The position numbers and the translations under genes are program-made. From contig CACMFN010000002.1 of assembly GCA_902612965.1 (NCBI GenBank), positions 30,456 through 94,455 on the forward strand: a DNA stretch of 64,000 nucleotides, given 5' to 3'. The notes below the pieces were generated by a model. The model was not told where the DNA came from. It did no database searches and saw only the letters and a list, made by a program, of their open reading frames with translations. Of the stretch, positions 27,270 to 37,453 are shown one piece after another. Position 1 is the stretch's first letter, and the number at the start of each line of letters is the position of its first letter. This stretch comes from an uncultured SAR116 cluster alpha proteobacterium (GTDB lineage: Bacteria; Pseudomonadota; Alphaproteobacteria; Puniceispirillales; GCA-002684695).

Positions 27270-28679
27270 CTACGTTCTTTCAGATTTCTCTTTTATACAT
27301 TCGTATGCAACGTCAATATCATTTTCCTCCATTTCTAAAGTTCCAGCCATAAATCTTATAACAAATTTTTCTCCAACTTTTGTGGGCGTTAGATAGATAA
27401 GCCCCTCATCATTAATCTCTTTAACAATTTTTTCATTAATCTCATTAATATTTTCGCTATTTTGATTTATGAAACGAAAAGTAAACAGACCCAAGACTGG
27501 TTCAGTAATTACTTCTATATTGTTCAATAATTTTATTTTGTGGAAAAGTTCTTCAGACCAATTTATGTGATCACGAATTAATTTTCTTATCCCAGACAAC
27601 CCTTCTGATCTAATTAAGAACCATAATTTTAATGCTCTAAATCGTCTTCCTAATGGAATAGTATAATCTGACAAATTCGTAATACCCTCTACTCCTGAAG
27701 TCTTTAAATATTCTGGTGTGAGTGATAATGTATTTTTCTGAACATTCATATCTTTTAAAAAATGTACTGAACAATCAAACTGAGCACCTAGCCACTTGTG
27801 AGGATTAAATACAATAGAGTCTGCCTTACCAATTCCTTGCCATAAGTATTTATATTCGTCACATATAATCGCTGAGCCAGCCCATGCTGCATCAACATGA
27901 AAATATAAATTTTCATTGTTAGCTATTGTACCAATTTCATCTAGGTTATCATATGAACCGGTTGAAGTGCCACATGTCACTCCCACAATTCCAGCGGGAA
28001 TAAATCCTTTTTTTCTATCATTGTGTATTGCATCAGACAAAGCGACTGGATCCATAGATCTATATGCACCATAAACGGGGACTCTTACTAAATTATCTTC
28101 GCCAATGCCAGAGAACCAGATTGCTTTATCCAAAGAGCTGTGGTTTTCAGTTGATGCATAAATTCTAAGCTTCCCTTGACCCGATAAACCAACTTTATTA
28201 CCTTTCCAGTTTAATGCCTTTTCTCTCATTGTTAATATAGCTGTTAGGGTGGCAGAAGAAGCTGTGTCTTGAATAATGCCCCCAAACCCTTCAGGTATAT
28301 CTAAAGAAATTCTTAGCCATTCAATAACTTTTTCTTCTAGTTCAGTAGCGGATGGAGAAGTTTGCCAAAGCATACACTGTAAACCCATTGTATTTGTTAA
28401 AATTTCTGCAAACACAGAAGCTGGGGCAGCATTTGCAGGGAAGTAAGCAAAAAATCTGGGATGTTGCCAGTGAGTTACACCAGGTAAAATAATTTTTTTA
28501 AAATCGTCAAAAATTTGTTCTATGGATTCTGGATTTTCAGGAGGATTTGATGGTATTGAATTAAATGTTTCTCCTGGTTTATTTTGGGATCTAACAGGAT
28601 AATTACGAAGATTTTTTCTGTATTCAGACCCCCAAACCACAGCCTCTTTGCCCCATTTGATATACTCATCCCAATCCAT
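27270..28679 (-). CDS. PLP-dependent group II decarboxylase (aromatic L-amino acid decarboxylase-like)
   Basis: THWQHPRFFAYFP, SPSATELE, HVDAAWAG, NPHKW, GRRFRALKLW. Confidence 0.92.
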   Translation of the reverse strand: MDWDEYIKWGKEAVVWGSEYRKNLRNYPVRSQNKPGETFNSIPSNPPENPESIEQIFDDFKKIILPGVTHWQHPRFFAYFPANAAPASVFAEILTNTMGLQCMLWQTSPSATELEEKVIEWLRISLDIPEGFGGIIQDTASSATLTAILTMREKALNWKGNKVGLSGQGKLRIYASTENHSSLDKAIWFSGIGEDNLVRVPVYGAYRSMDPVALSDAIHNDRKKGFIPAGIVGVTCGTSTGSYDNLDEIGTIANNENLYFHVDAAWAGSAIICDEYKYLWQGIGKADSIVFNPHKWLGAQFDCSVHFLKDMNVQKNTLSLTPEYLKTSGVEGITNLSDYTIPLGRRFRALKLWFLIRSEGLSGIRKLIRDHINWSEELFHKIKLLNNIEVITEPVLGLFTFRFINQNSENINEINEKIVKEINDEGLIYLTPTKVGEKFVIRFMAGTLEMEENDIDVAYECIKEKSERT

Positions 28680-28778
28680 TTACGTACCTTTCTTATGATA
28701 ATTTTAATTCTTTTATTTACTTGACGCTATCTGCTAAACTAATTTTGTCAAATTATAATAGTATGTTAGGAGAAGTAA

Positions 28779-29222
28779 ATGCGTGCTTTAATTCAAAGAG
28801 TAACTCAAGCAAGTGTTTCAATAGATAATAATACAATTTCCGAAATAAAGCAGGGACTCCTGATTTTAGTTTGCGCTATGAATGATGATAATGAGGAAGA
28901 TGCTGCAAAAATGGCTTCAAAAATCTCAAAAATAAGAATTTTTAATGATGAAGCAGGAAAGTTGAATAAATCAATTATAGATATTAATGGAGATGCTTTG
29001 GTTGTTAGTCAATTCACTTTAGCTGCGGACACTTCTAGGGGCAACAGGCCTGGATTTTCGTATGCGGCTCATCCAGAGCAAGGTGAAAAGCTCTACGAAT
29101 ACTTTACACAGCAACTTCAAAATCAAAATATAAATTGCAAAAAAGGTGTTTTTGGAGGTGATATGAAAGTTTCATTAGTAAATGATGGACCAATAACAAT
29201 TTGGTTGGACAATAAGGATTAA
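28779..29222 (+). CDS. dtd: D-aminoacyl-tRNA deacylase
   Basis: MRALIQRV, SQFTL, GNRP, NDGPIT. Confidence 0.97.
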   Translation: MRALIQRVTQASVSIDNNTISEIKQGLLILVCAMNDDNEEDAAKMASKISKIRIFNDEAGKLNKSIIDINGDALVVSQFTLAADTSRGNRPGFSYAAHPEQGEKLYEYFTQQLQNQNINCKKGVFGGDMKVSLVNDGPITIWLDNKD

Positions 29223-29280
29223 ATTATTATTATACAGTCAATTAAATTAAATATGCAGTCAACTAAAATGAGAGGTTAGT

Positions 29281-30342
29281 ATGGGTAAATTTATTTCACT
29301 ATTTATAAAAATAGGCACTTTAATTATTTTGGTGTCTTTCAATTCTTTTGCCGGTGGATTAGAAGTTAGTCGCCAAAATAATATGATTTTGTTTTCAGAA
29401 GGCAAAACTGTCAATTTTTCAACTAGGCAAACTTCTTCAACTGTAACTGATAATCTTTACACTTCGCTAGACAGCCAATCAATAATAAAAAAACTCAACC
29501 TAATGTCTGCAGCATTTAAATCTGATTATAATGAAAATATTTCTTATGCTTTTGAAATGTACGAACCTATGGCTTCAACCCTTCAATATCCAGCTACAAT
29601 TGGTGGAGTGCCCGCAGGTCAAAAAGCTTTGTTAAGATCACAGGCTTTGAGTTTAACTGGCAAATATAACTTATCAAATTCAGGTTTTGGTTTAGTTGCC
29701 GGGGTAAGACAATTGACTATTAAAAGATCAACACTGAACATCAATCCTGCTCAAGGTGACTTAGTTACAACACCGGATAGTGGCATTGGTTATGTGGCAG
29801 GTGTTAGTTATGAAATGCCAGAGATTGCTCTTAAAGTTTTATTAACTCAGGCTCCAGGTATAGATATTGTTGTGCCCACAACTGTAGTAGGTTCAGGAAC
29901 AGTTTCTCAACCCTCTTTTACAACTTTAGAATTTGAAACCGGAATTGCTAATAACACACTGATGTTTGGCTCTATTCACCAAGGTGAACATGCAAGTGCC
30001 CAAGTTAAATTAAATGGCATAGGAGCGATTAGCTCATTTACAGATGGAGAAAAGTATAATATTGGCGTTGGAAGAAAATTTAGTGAAAAATTAAGTGGAA
30101 GTTTTTCATATACTACTGAAGAAGGAAGCTCTGCTACTGGCACAAGTCTGTTGTCACCCACAAATGGAACTGACACTTATAGTATTGGTGTAAATTACGT
30201 TACTGAAAGTGTTGATGTTGCGTTTGGTTATGCAATGTCTTCTTTTGGTGATAAAGCGGTTACAACAGCATATGGTACTGGAAATTTTACAAATAATGAC
30301 GCAACAACTACAGGCTTGAGAGTAAAATTTAAATTACCTTAG
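29281..30342 (+). CDS. Outer membrane beta-barrel, FadL/OmpP1-like
   Basis: Signal peptide then AGGLEVSRQ..LFSEG; YVAGVSYEMPEIAL; alternating beta-strand pattern. Confidence 0.7.
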   Translation: MGKFISLFIKIGTLIILVSFNSFAGGLEVSRQNNMILFSEGKTVNFSTRQTSSTVTDNLYTSLDSQSIIKKLNLMSAAFKSDYNENISYAFEMYEPMASTLQYPATIGGVPAGQKALLRSQALSLTGKYNLSNSGFGLVAGVRQLTIKRSTLNINPAQGDLVTTPDSGIGYVAGVSYEMPEIALKVLLTQAPGIDIVVPTTVVGSGTVSQPSFTTLEFETGIANNTLMFGSIHQGEHASAQVKLNGIGAISSFTDGEKYNIGVGRKFSEKLSGSFSYTTEEGSSATGTSLLSPTNGTDTYSIGVNYVTESVDVAFGYAMSSFGDKAVTTAYGTGNFTNNDATTTGLRVKFKLP

Positions 30343-30366
30343 TAAATTTTAAAGTAACGGTCTGTT

Positions 30367-31779
30367 TCAATTATTAAATTCAAATAGACCGTTATATCTT
30401 ATATTAGGATCGAGAAGAGTGGCTAAATCTGTTTCATTTTTCTTGTGTTCACACACATTCATTCCGCATAAGCGACAACTAATATGTATCTTTGATACTT
30501 TTTGAACTTTATTTTGAAGCAGAGTATCTGCATAAACAAGATTTTCCATATATCTTATTTCACAGCCCAAAATTATCGAAAATAGTGGGCTGGTTTCATT
30601 TATATTAACTAGGGATCTTTTAATAGTTTTTGAAATATTAATAAATTTTTTGCCTCCTTCTAGTTCAGACACTTGTACTAATGTGCTTCCTGGATTTTTA
30701 AAAATTTGATGAACAGACCAATCAGGATTAGCCCCTGGATTTTTTGGAAAATTCATGTCTTTTGAAAATAGCCTACTATGAATGTTTCCAGCCTCATCAA
30801 ATTTAAAATAAAAAAAAGGCACACCTAAATTTGTTCTTTTATTAAGTGTAGTTAATCGTTGGCAAACATGCTCTATATTTGTAGAAAAACGAGCAGATAG
30901 AATTTCTAAGTCGTATCTAAGCTCAACTGCTGATGATTTAAATTCATCATAAGGCATAATAAGGGAAAGTCCAAAATAGTTTGCAAGAGACATTTTTAGG
31001 AGATATTTTTCGTCAGATGATTTGAAATCAGACTTAATAATAATTTCATTTATTAAATCATCAAACTCAATAAGAGCAATTTGTGACGCAATTTGAAAAC
31101 TTCTATTTGCTATGTTAAGCGCCTCAGAAATAAGTATACGGCCTCTATGGGGATCATATCTACTAAATAAGTTTTCCATAATTGACTTAGGCAGAACTTT
31201 AATTTGAATTTTTAATTTATCCTCAACATACTTACATAAGTTAAAATAATTACTTGATGCGTCATTTATATTTGATTTTGCCCTAATTGACATTGATGCT
31301 TGCTCTAGTGTTGGAAAATAATTTTTTGAGTTATTTAAAAAACTTCTTGTACTCTCAAATGGTGTAAGCTTTAAACTTTGCGGGTCAGCATTATGATTTG
31401 TTTCCTCTTTTAATTTAAGATAAGTTTCAAAAAGCTTTATTATAGCATTTCCAATTACTGGAGAGGATTGTGCTAGATTTTTAATATCTCTTTTTGTAAT
31501 ATCAACTGATTTAAAAACTGGATCTAAAAAAATTTCATTTAGTTCAACACTCAGCTTTCCAGTTTCATCCTCTGTAAACTCTTTAAAATCAATGCTGTAT
31601 AATTGACCTAGTTTGAAAAGTAAGTTAACTGTGATAGGCCTCTGATTATTTTCTATTAAGTTTAAGTAGCTTGCTGAAATATTAAGTTCTTGCGCCATCT
31701 CAAGCTGACTTATATTTAAGTTTTGCCTTAGCCTCTTAATTTTGTGACCTAATATTATTTTTTCAGATTTAGATTGCAT
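30367..31779 (-). CDS. XRE-family short-chain fatty acyl-CoA regulator (ScfR; RamB/PrpR-like)
   Basis: N-terminal HTH ISASYLNLIENNQRP, NYFPTLE, VCQRLTTL, DEAGN, LGCEI, C-terminal CRLCxxxxC; divergent from aceA. Confidence 0.9.
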   Translation of the reverse strand: MQSKSEKIILGHKIKRLRQNLNISQLEMAQELNISASYLNLIENNQRPITVNLLFKLGQLYSIDFKEFTEDETGKLSVELNEIFLDPVFKSVDITKRDIKNLAQSSPVIGNAIIKLFETYLKLKEETNHNADPQSLKLTPFESTRSFLNNSKNYFPTLEQASMSIRAKSNINDASSNYFNLCKYVEDKLKIQIKVLPKSIMENLFSRYDPHRGRILISEALNIANRSFQIASQIALIEFDDLINEIIIKSDFKSSDEKYLLKMSLANYFGLSLIMPYDEFKSSAVELRYDLEILSARFSTNIEHVCQRLTTLNKRTNLGVPFFYFKFDEAGNIHSRLFSKDMNFPKNPGANPDWSVHQIFKNPGSTLVQVSELEGGKKFINISKTIKRSLVNINETSPLFSIILGCEIRYMENLVYADTLLQNKVQKVSKIHISCRLCGMNVCEHKKNETDLATLLDPNIRYNGLFEFNN

Positions 31780-31787
31780 ATTGTGAA

Positions 31788-31843
31788 TTTGTAAAAATTA
31801 TAATTTGTAAATATTTACAAAATAGTTTTTTGTAAATTTTACA
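31788..31843. promoter_or_regulatory. Putative ScfR/RamB operator array
   Basis: Perfect 18-bp palindrome TTTGTAAATATTTACAAA (31804-31821), flanked by TTTGTAAA at 31788 and 31829; resembles the TTTGCAAA boxes of ScfR regulators. Confidence 0.7.
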
Positions 31844-31923
31844 TTATTACAACTTTGCACTTATTTCAATGATTTTTATTTTTCCACAATATAAAAACTT
31901 AATTAATTTATATGGAGTTAACA

Positions 31924-33225
31924 ATGAATGAAGATTTTGAAAAGCTTAATAATGCTAAACTAGGTAGATTCAAAAATAAAAAAAGAGATTACACAGTAGC
32001 AGATGTCAAAAAGCTCTCAGGTTCAGTCAAAATTGAACATACTCTCGCACACAGAGGTGCGCAAAAATTATGGTCACTACTTCATAATGAAGATTACGTA
32101 AATACATTAGGGGCTTTGACTGGTAACCAGGCGATGCAACAAGTGCGTGCAGGACTTAAAGCAATTTATCTTTCTGGATGGCAAATTGCTGCAGATAATA
32201 ATTTGGCTGGTGGAATGTATCCTGATCAATCTATTTACCCTGCAAATTCTGGCCCTGAACTTGTAAAAAAAATAAATCGAACGCTTTCTAGAGCTGATGA
32301 AATTGAAGTCATGGAAAATGGCTCACCACAAAGAGATTGGTTTGCTCCAATTATAGCTGATGCTGAAGCAGGATTTGGTGGTGTTTTAAACGCATTCGAA
32401 ATTACAAGAAATTATATTGAAGCTGGAGCATCAGGAGTGCATTTTGAAGATCAATTAGCCGCTGAAAAAAAATGTGGTCATATGGGTGGGAAAGTACTGA
32501 TACCAGTCAAACAACATATATCAAATTTAAATGCTGCAAGACTTGCCGCTGATATTTCTGGAACACCAACTTTGATAATTGCAAGAACAGACGCAGAATC
32601 AGCCAAATTAATTACTTCAGATGTAGATGACAGAGACAAACCCTATTTAACAGGAGAAAGAACTGCTGAAGGTTTTTATACTTTGACTCCTGAAAGTTCT
32701 TTTGAACGATGCGTGACTAGAGGAAGGGCTTATGCAGAATATGCAGATTTGATTTGGATGGAAACTTCTACACCAAACTTAGATCAAGCAAAGAAATTTT
32801 CAGAAGCTATACGAAAAGAATATCCAGACCAGTTACTAGCTTATAATTGCAGTCCAAGTTTCAACTGGACAGCAAACTTAAGTAAGGATGACATAGCTCG
32901 TTTTCAAAAAGAACTCGGAGCTATGGGATATAAATTTCAATTTATTACTCTCGCTGGTTTTCATACATTAAACTACAGCATGTTTGAATTAGCCCATGGC
33001 TATAAAAAGAAAGGGATGACAGCCTATAGCGAACTTCAAGATGCAGAGTTCTTAGCTGAAAATATTGGTTATACTGCTCATAGGCATCAAAGAGAAGTTG
33101 GCGCTGGATGGTTTGATGCTATATCTTTAGCTGTTAAGGGGGGCGCGTGTTCTACAACTGCTTTATCAGGTTCAACTGAGGAAGATCAATTCCATGAAGA
33201 AACTATTGCAGATGTCGCTGAATAG
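31924..33225 (+). CDS. aceA: Isocitrate lyase
   Basis: [51 protein letters not shown] favours ATG 31924. Confidence 0.98.
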   Translation: MNEDFEKLNNAKLGRFKNKKRDYTVADVKKLSGSVKIEHTLAHRGAQKLWSLLHNEDYVNTLGALTGNQAMQQVRAGLKAIYLSGWQIAADNNLAGGMYPDQSIYPANSGPELVKKINRTLSRADEIEVMENGSPQRDWFAPIIADAEAGFGGVLNAFEITRNYIEAGASGVHFEDQLAAEKKCGHMGGKVLIPVKQHISNLNAARLAADISGTPTLIIARTDAESAKLITSDVDDRDKPYLTGERTAEGFYTLTPESSFERCVTRGRAYAEYADLIWMETSTPNLDQAKKFSEAIRKEYPDQLLAYNCSPSFNWTANLSKDDIARFQKELGAMGYKFQFITLAGFHTLNYSMFELAHGYKKKGMTAYSELQDAEFLAENIGYTAHRHQREVGAGWFDAISLAVKGGACSTTALSGSTEEDQFHEETIADVAE

Positions 33226-33254
33226 CTAATTTCAATCAAAGAAGGTTAATTATA

Positions 33255-33458
33255 ATGTCAGAGAACAAAATAACAATTATTGCAGAAAGTTTTGAGGCAG
33301 CTGCATTAGAATTTCACAGAAGCAAACTATCATCAAAAGGTTACAGAATGGATGGTAAGATAACTTCACAAAAGTTTGAATATATGGATGGACCTGAAAG
33401 AAAGGACCTTTTTGATGGTAAACCAATGTATTCAGTTTGTTTTATAAAAGACAGTTAA
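33255..33458 (+). CDS. Hypothetical 67-aa protein directly downstream of aceA
   Basis: ATG 29 nt after the aceA stop with GAAGG upstream; no recognised family. Confidence 0.7.
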   Translation: MSENKITIIAESFEAAALEFHRSKLSSKGYRMDGKITSQKFEYMDGPERKDLFDGKPMYSVCFIKDS

Positions 33459-33525
33459 AAATTTATTGATTTCTTAAATAAGATATTATCAAATATTCTT
33501 AAATGTAATTTAAGGATCAAGATTT

Positions 33526-34473
33526 TTGGAAAATAATAAAATAAAAGATAAAGGGTATACACCCGAAAATGAAATAAAAATACCACCAATATACAGAATA
33601 CCTCCTCCAGTTATACAGTCAATAAATTGGCTGTATAACTTTTTCTTTCCATGGTGGATTTTATATTTAGCTATGGCTTACCTTGGATATTTATTTATTC
33701 AAGCAAATCCTCAAATAATGCTAAGTTTTGATTTTAAATTGATTGCACTCATCTGGCTAAAAAACTTTTTCTTTCTATTTTTATTTGCTGGTGGAATTCA
33801 TTGGTGGCTTTATATTAGAAAAAAACAAACACTTGACTATAAATACTATGCAAAATGGCCAACAGAGAATAATTCTAAATTTCTTTTTAAAAACCAAGTT
33901 AAGGATAACATGTTTTGGAGCATTGTTAGTGGTTGCACTATCTGGACAATTTTTGAAGCATATGTATTGTGGAAGCAGGCAACTGGGGGAGTAACAGTTT
34001 ATTTTTGGAGTGAACAACCTATCTATTTATTTTTATGTATGATTTTGATGCCTTTTATTGGAGGTATTCATTTTTATATCATTCATAGGTTTCTTCATAT
34101 TCCAATCATTTATAAGATTGCACATCAGTTACATCATAGGAATATTAATACTGGACCTTGGTCTGGGATATCAATGCATCCAATTGAACATATTTTATAT
34201 TTCAGCATGATTGCTTTGTGGGCATTTATTCCCGCTGATCCATTTATTGTAGTATTAACTGGAATTTGGTTTGGTGTTGGGCCTGCGCAAAGTCATGCAG
34301 GATTTAATAAATTAGTTCTATTTAAGACAAAAACTTTAGAGCTTGCAGATCATTTTCACCATTTACATCATAAACATTTCGAACTTAATTATGGAAATAT
34401 TTATGCGCCTATTGATCCTATATTCAAAACTTTTCATAATGGAAAAATATTCCCCAAAAAAAAAGTAAATTAG
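33526..34473 (+). CDS. Sterol desaturase / fatty acid hydroxylase family protein
   Basis: HRFLH, HQLHH, MHPIE, HHLHH, NYG motifs; TM segments. Confidence 0.88.
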   Translation: MENNKIKDKGYTPENEIKIPPIYRIPPPVIQSINWLYNFFFPWWILYLAMAYLGYLFIQANPQIMLSFDFKLIALIWLKNFFFLFLFAGGIHWWLYIRKKQTLDYKYYAKWPTENNSKFLFKNQVKDNMFWSIVSGCTIWTIFEAYVLWKQATGGVTVYFWSEQPIYLFLCMILMPFIGGIHFYIIHRFLHIPIIYKIAHQLHHRNINTGPWSGISMHPIEHILYFSMIALWAFIPADPFIVVLTGIWFGVGPAQSHAGFNKLVLFKTKTLELADHFHHLHHKHFELNYGNIYAPIDPIFKTFHNGKIFPKKKVN

Positions 34474-35582
34474 TTTATTTCAGTTACCTGATAATCTGAG
34501 TTTTCAAGCCATTCTAAATTAATTTCTACTCCCCAACCTGGATCTGTTGTAACTTCAACGAAACCATCTATTACTTCAAATGGGTTTCCATTAAAAATAT
34601 CTTTTTGCCAAGGATAATATGTCTCATCTTCTATGCTAAACTCTAAATACTTTCCTGCATTAGGTATAGCAGTCAACAAATGTTTAGTGCAAATTGTCAC
34701 TAAAGATAAATTCGCAGCATGTGGTGTACAAGGAAGACCTATTTCGTTAGCCATGCTTGCCACTTCCAATGTTCTGTAAAGCCCTCCCATATACATTACA
34801 TCTGGTTGAACAATATCAACTACTTTCTTTTCCAAGGTAGACTTCCAAGTTGACATATCACAATCCTGTTCTCCACCTGCAACATCTATATCTAATGCAT
34901 CTTTAACAACTTTAGTTTGATTATGCTCCCAGTATGGGCAAGGTTCCTCAAAATGAGAAACACCATAGTCTTGCATATACTTACCCAAAGCAATAGCCTT
35001 TTCAGGACTAAAGCAGCTGTTGCCATCAACTAATTTTTGAACATCCGCACCTAAATCATGAGAGAGAACTTTGACAATATCCTCTGAACGGCCCTCCCAT
35101 TCATCTTTGTCTCTTCCACACTCAGCACCAACCCTGAACTTAAATGCTGAAATACCTAATTCATCTCTCAATTTACATAGCCTTAAAGACTCCTCTTGTG
35201 GTGTAATATCTCTCCTCATTGAGGAACCATAAATTTTTACTTTCTCTGGTTTCCCTCCGATTAGACTGGCAACAGGCTTATCTAACAACTTTCCATAGAG
35301 ATCCCACAAAGCTGTATCTAACCCAGCTATGGCCCTCAATAAATATGACCCTGGAAATTTGTGTTCTTTTTCTATTATAAGTTGCAAGTGATCTGCAAAA
35401 TTTGGTTGTTCTTCTAATATAAGACCAATTGATTTTGGTGCTACTTGTCTATGAAATATTTGGGATGTTATATCAGCATGATAAGTTGACATTTGGCCCC
35501 AACCAACATCACCTGTATCTGCCGTTGCTTTTACGAAAGACAAGTATTGATTTGAGAAGGTCTCAAGTTTATTTATTTTCAA
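34470..35582 (-). CDS. Mandelate racemase/muconate lactonizing enzyme (enolase superfamily)
   Basis: DTALWDL, KFRVG, VDGN, FEEP, GGEQD, QPDV, PHAAN, PGWGVE. Confidence 0.9.
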   Translation of the reverse strand: MKINKLETFSNQYLSFVKATADTGDVGWGQMSTYHADITSQIFHRQVAPKSIGLILEEQPNFADHLQLIIEKEHKFPGSYLLRAIAGLDTALWDLYGKLLDKPVASLIGGKPEKVKIYGSSMRRDITPQEESLRLCKLRDELGISAFKFRVGAECGRDKDEWEGRSEDIVKVLSHDLGADVQKLVDGNSCFSPEKAIALGKYMQDYGVSHFEEPCPYWEHNQTKVVKDALDIDVAGGEQDCDMSTWKSTLEKKVVDIVQPDVMYMGGLYRTLEVASMANEIGLPCTPHAANLSLVTICTKHLLTAIPNAGKYLEFSIEDETYYPWQKDIFNGNPFEVIDGFVEVTTDPGWGVEINLEWLENSDYQVTEIN

Positions 35583-35592
35583 ATTCTCACCT

Positions 35593-35623
35593 AAAAAAAA
35601 GAGCGGTATATAATACCGCTCTT
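35593..35623 (-). terminator. Rho-independent terminator after the family-5 SBP
   Basis: Perfect stem AAGAGCGGTAT/ATACCGCTCTT running into a U-tract on the minus strand. Confidence 0.85.
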
Positions 35624-35644
35624 ATAAATTTAATATTTGATAGT

Positions 35645-37252
35645 TTAAGCAAACCACCAACGCTCTGTAATCTTACAACCATCAAGATGCCAGTTGCCAC
35701 CAACAGTTGCAGGATGTGCAATTCTCTTATTATGAGCAGATAAGTTTTGGCCATAGGACCAAGTAATATACCCACCATCCTCATTCATAAGTCTTTGACA
35801 TTCAAAATACATTTCATGTCTCTTCTTATCATCTAATTCACCTTTGGCAGCTGTAACAAGAGCATTAAATGCGTCAGCAGCTGGAGTATCTCTCCAAGCC
35901 ATATCATTCCATTCAGATGCAGCTATACAGCAAGTTGAGAACATCCAGTCTGGTGTTGGTCTTCCACTCCAATATGAAGTACACATTCCTACACCTGGCT
36001 TATTCCAAATATTTGACCAATATCCATCATTAGGTTCTTTTTTAACTTCAAGGTTAATGCCACACTCTTTCGCCGAAGCCTGGAGTAATAATGCACAATC
36101 AACAGAACCATCAAGTGATGCACCTGAAGCGTGAACAACAACTGGCTTGTCACCAATTCCTGTTTTCTTCCAATGAAACCTTGCTCTTTCAGCATCAAAT
36201 TCTCTCTGAGCTAATTCTGTATTAAAGTATTTTTGAGTAGGTGAAATTGAATGGTCATTCCCAATTTGGCCATAACCTAATAATACTTTATCAACCATTT
36301 CCTGTCTTCGAGCAGCATATTTAAGCGCTAACCTGACATCATTATTATCAAATGGAGGTGTGTCTAAACGCATTGCAAATACTCTATGCATTGTTCCAGT
36401 TACGGCAAGCAATTCAAGGTTTGCATTTCTCTTCAACAAGTTAGCTGTTGGAGCAGAAACGTCATCAATACAATCAACTTGGTCAGTCATTAAAGCTTGC
36501 TGCCTAGCAGTTGCATCACTAACAATTGTTGTTTCAACAGCATCAAAATGTGCGTGACCAGCTTTCCAATAATTTGGGTTTCTTGTAAAGGAGGCACTCA
36601 CACCAGGATTAAATTCTTTAAGAACGTAACCAGCAGTTCCAATTCCAGCGAGTGGATCTTTTAGCTTACCATTAGAGTCTCCAATTTGAACTGGTGCGTG
36701 ATAATCACTCAGCATAACAGGAAAATCAGAGTTTGGACCTTCTAGTTCAATTACTAAATAATCACCATCAGCCCTAACATCTGCAATTTCTGCTAATTGA
36801 CCCTTAATAGATGACTTACTATCATCTCCTCTGTGGTAGTTTACTGATGCCATCATGTCGTTAACATCTAATGATTTACCATTATGCCATTCAACACCCT
36901 TTCGGACTTTAAATCTCCATGTTTTTGCGTCATCTGTTTCCATTGTTTCAGCTAACTCAGGAACAACTGAACCATCAGCAGCAACTTCAACGATATTATT
37001 ATATATAGCATATCCGTGAACTAATTCAGATGTAGCACCTGTAGACACAGACATGTCTAGAATGTCAGTTGTTGTTCCAGAACTCATGGCAAGTCTTAAC
37101 GTTCCACCCTTTTTAGGAGAAGCCATAACAGAAGACGACATTGATGTCGCAGCTGATATTGTGGCTCCGAGCGCAACAGCGCCCTGGATAAAGTCACGTC
37201 TACCAATTTTGCCTGAAGCAAATAGACCTTTCAACTTTTCTATTGTATACAC
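35645..37252 (-). CDS. ABC solute-binding protein family 5 (Opp/Dpp type), Tat-exported
   Basis: GRRDFIQG Tat motif, PKKGGTL, PELAE, WHNGK, PPFDNNDVRLALK; GTG start with AGGGAG. Confidence 0.93.
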   Translation of the reverse strand: MYTIEKLKGLFASGKIGRRDFIQGAVALGATISAATSMSSSVMASPKKGGTLRLAMSSGTTTDILDMSVSTGATSELVHGYAIYNNIVEVAADGSVVPELAETMETDDAKTWRFKVRKGVEWHNGKSLDVNDMMASVNYHRGDDSKSSIKGQLAEIADVRADGDYLVIELEGPNSDFPVMLSDYHAPVQIGDSNGKLKDPLAGIGTAGYVLKEFNPGVSASFTRNPNYWKAGHAHFDAVETTIVSDATARQQALMTDQVDCIDDVSAPTANLLKRNANLELLAVTGTMHRVFAMRLDTPPFDNNDVRLALKYAARRQEMVDKVLLGYGQIGNDHSISPTQKYFNTELAQREFDAERARFHWKKTGIGDKPVVVHASGASLDGSVDCALLLQASAKECGINLEVKKEPNDGYWSNIWNKPGVGMCTSYWSGRPTPDWMFSTCCIAASEWNDMAWRDTPAADAFNALVTAAKGELDDKKRHEMYFECQRLMNEDGGYITWSYGQNLSAHNKRIAHPATVGGNWHLDGCKITERWWFA

Positions 37253-37292
37253 TTATTTTCTCCCTTTAGTATTTGACAATATATAAGCAAAT

Positions 37293-37306
37293 TAACTTAT
37301 CAAAAT
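37293..37306 (-). repeat. 14-bp motif copy 1 (ATTTTGATAAGTTA), extended -10-like
   Basis: Identical to 43473-43486; 40 nt upstream of the SBP start. Confidence 0.5.
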
Positions 37307-37453
37307 ATAAAACTTAACAGCTAAATATCTTATGTAGAGTATCAATACATACTATTAACCTATTTTCAAGGTATAAAGCTAATAAAACCTTAATTTTGTT
37401 TAATTTCAGACATATAATAAAGTAGAAACCAAATTTTGATGGAAAATTGATAA

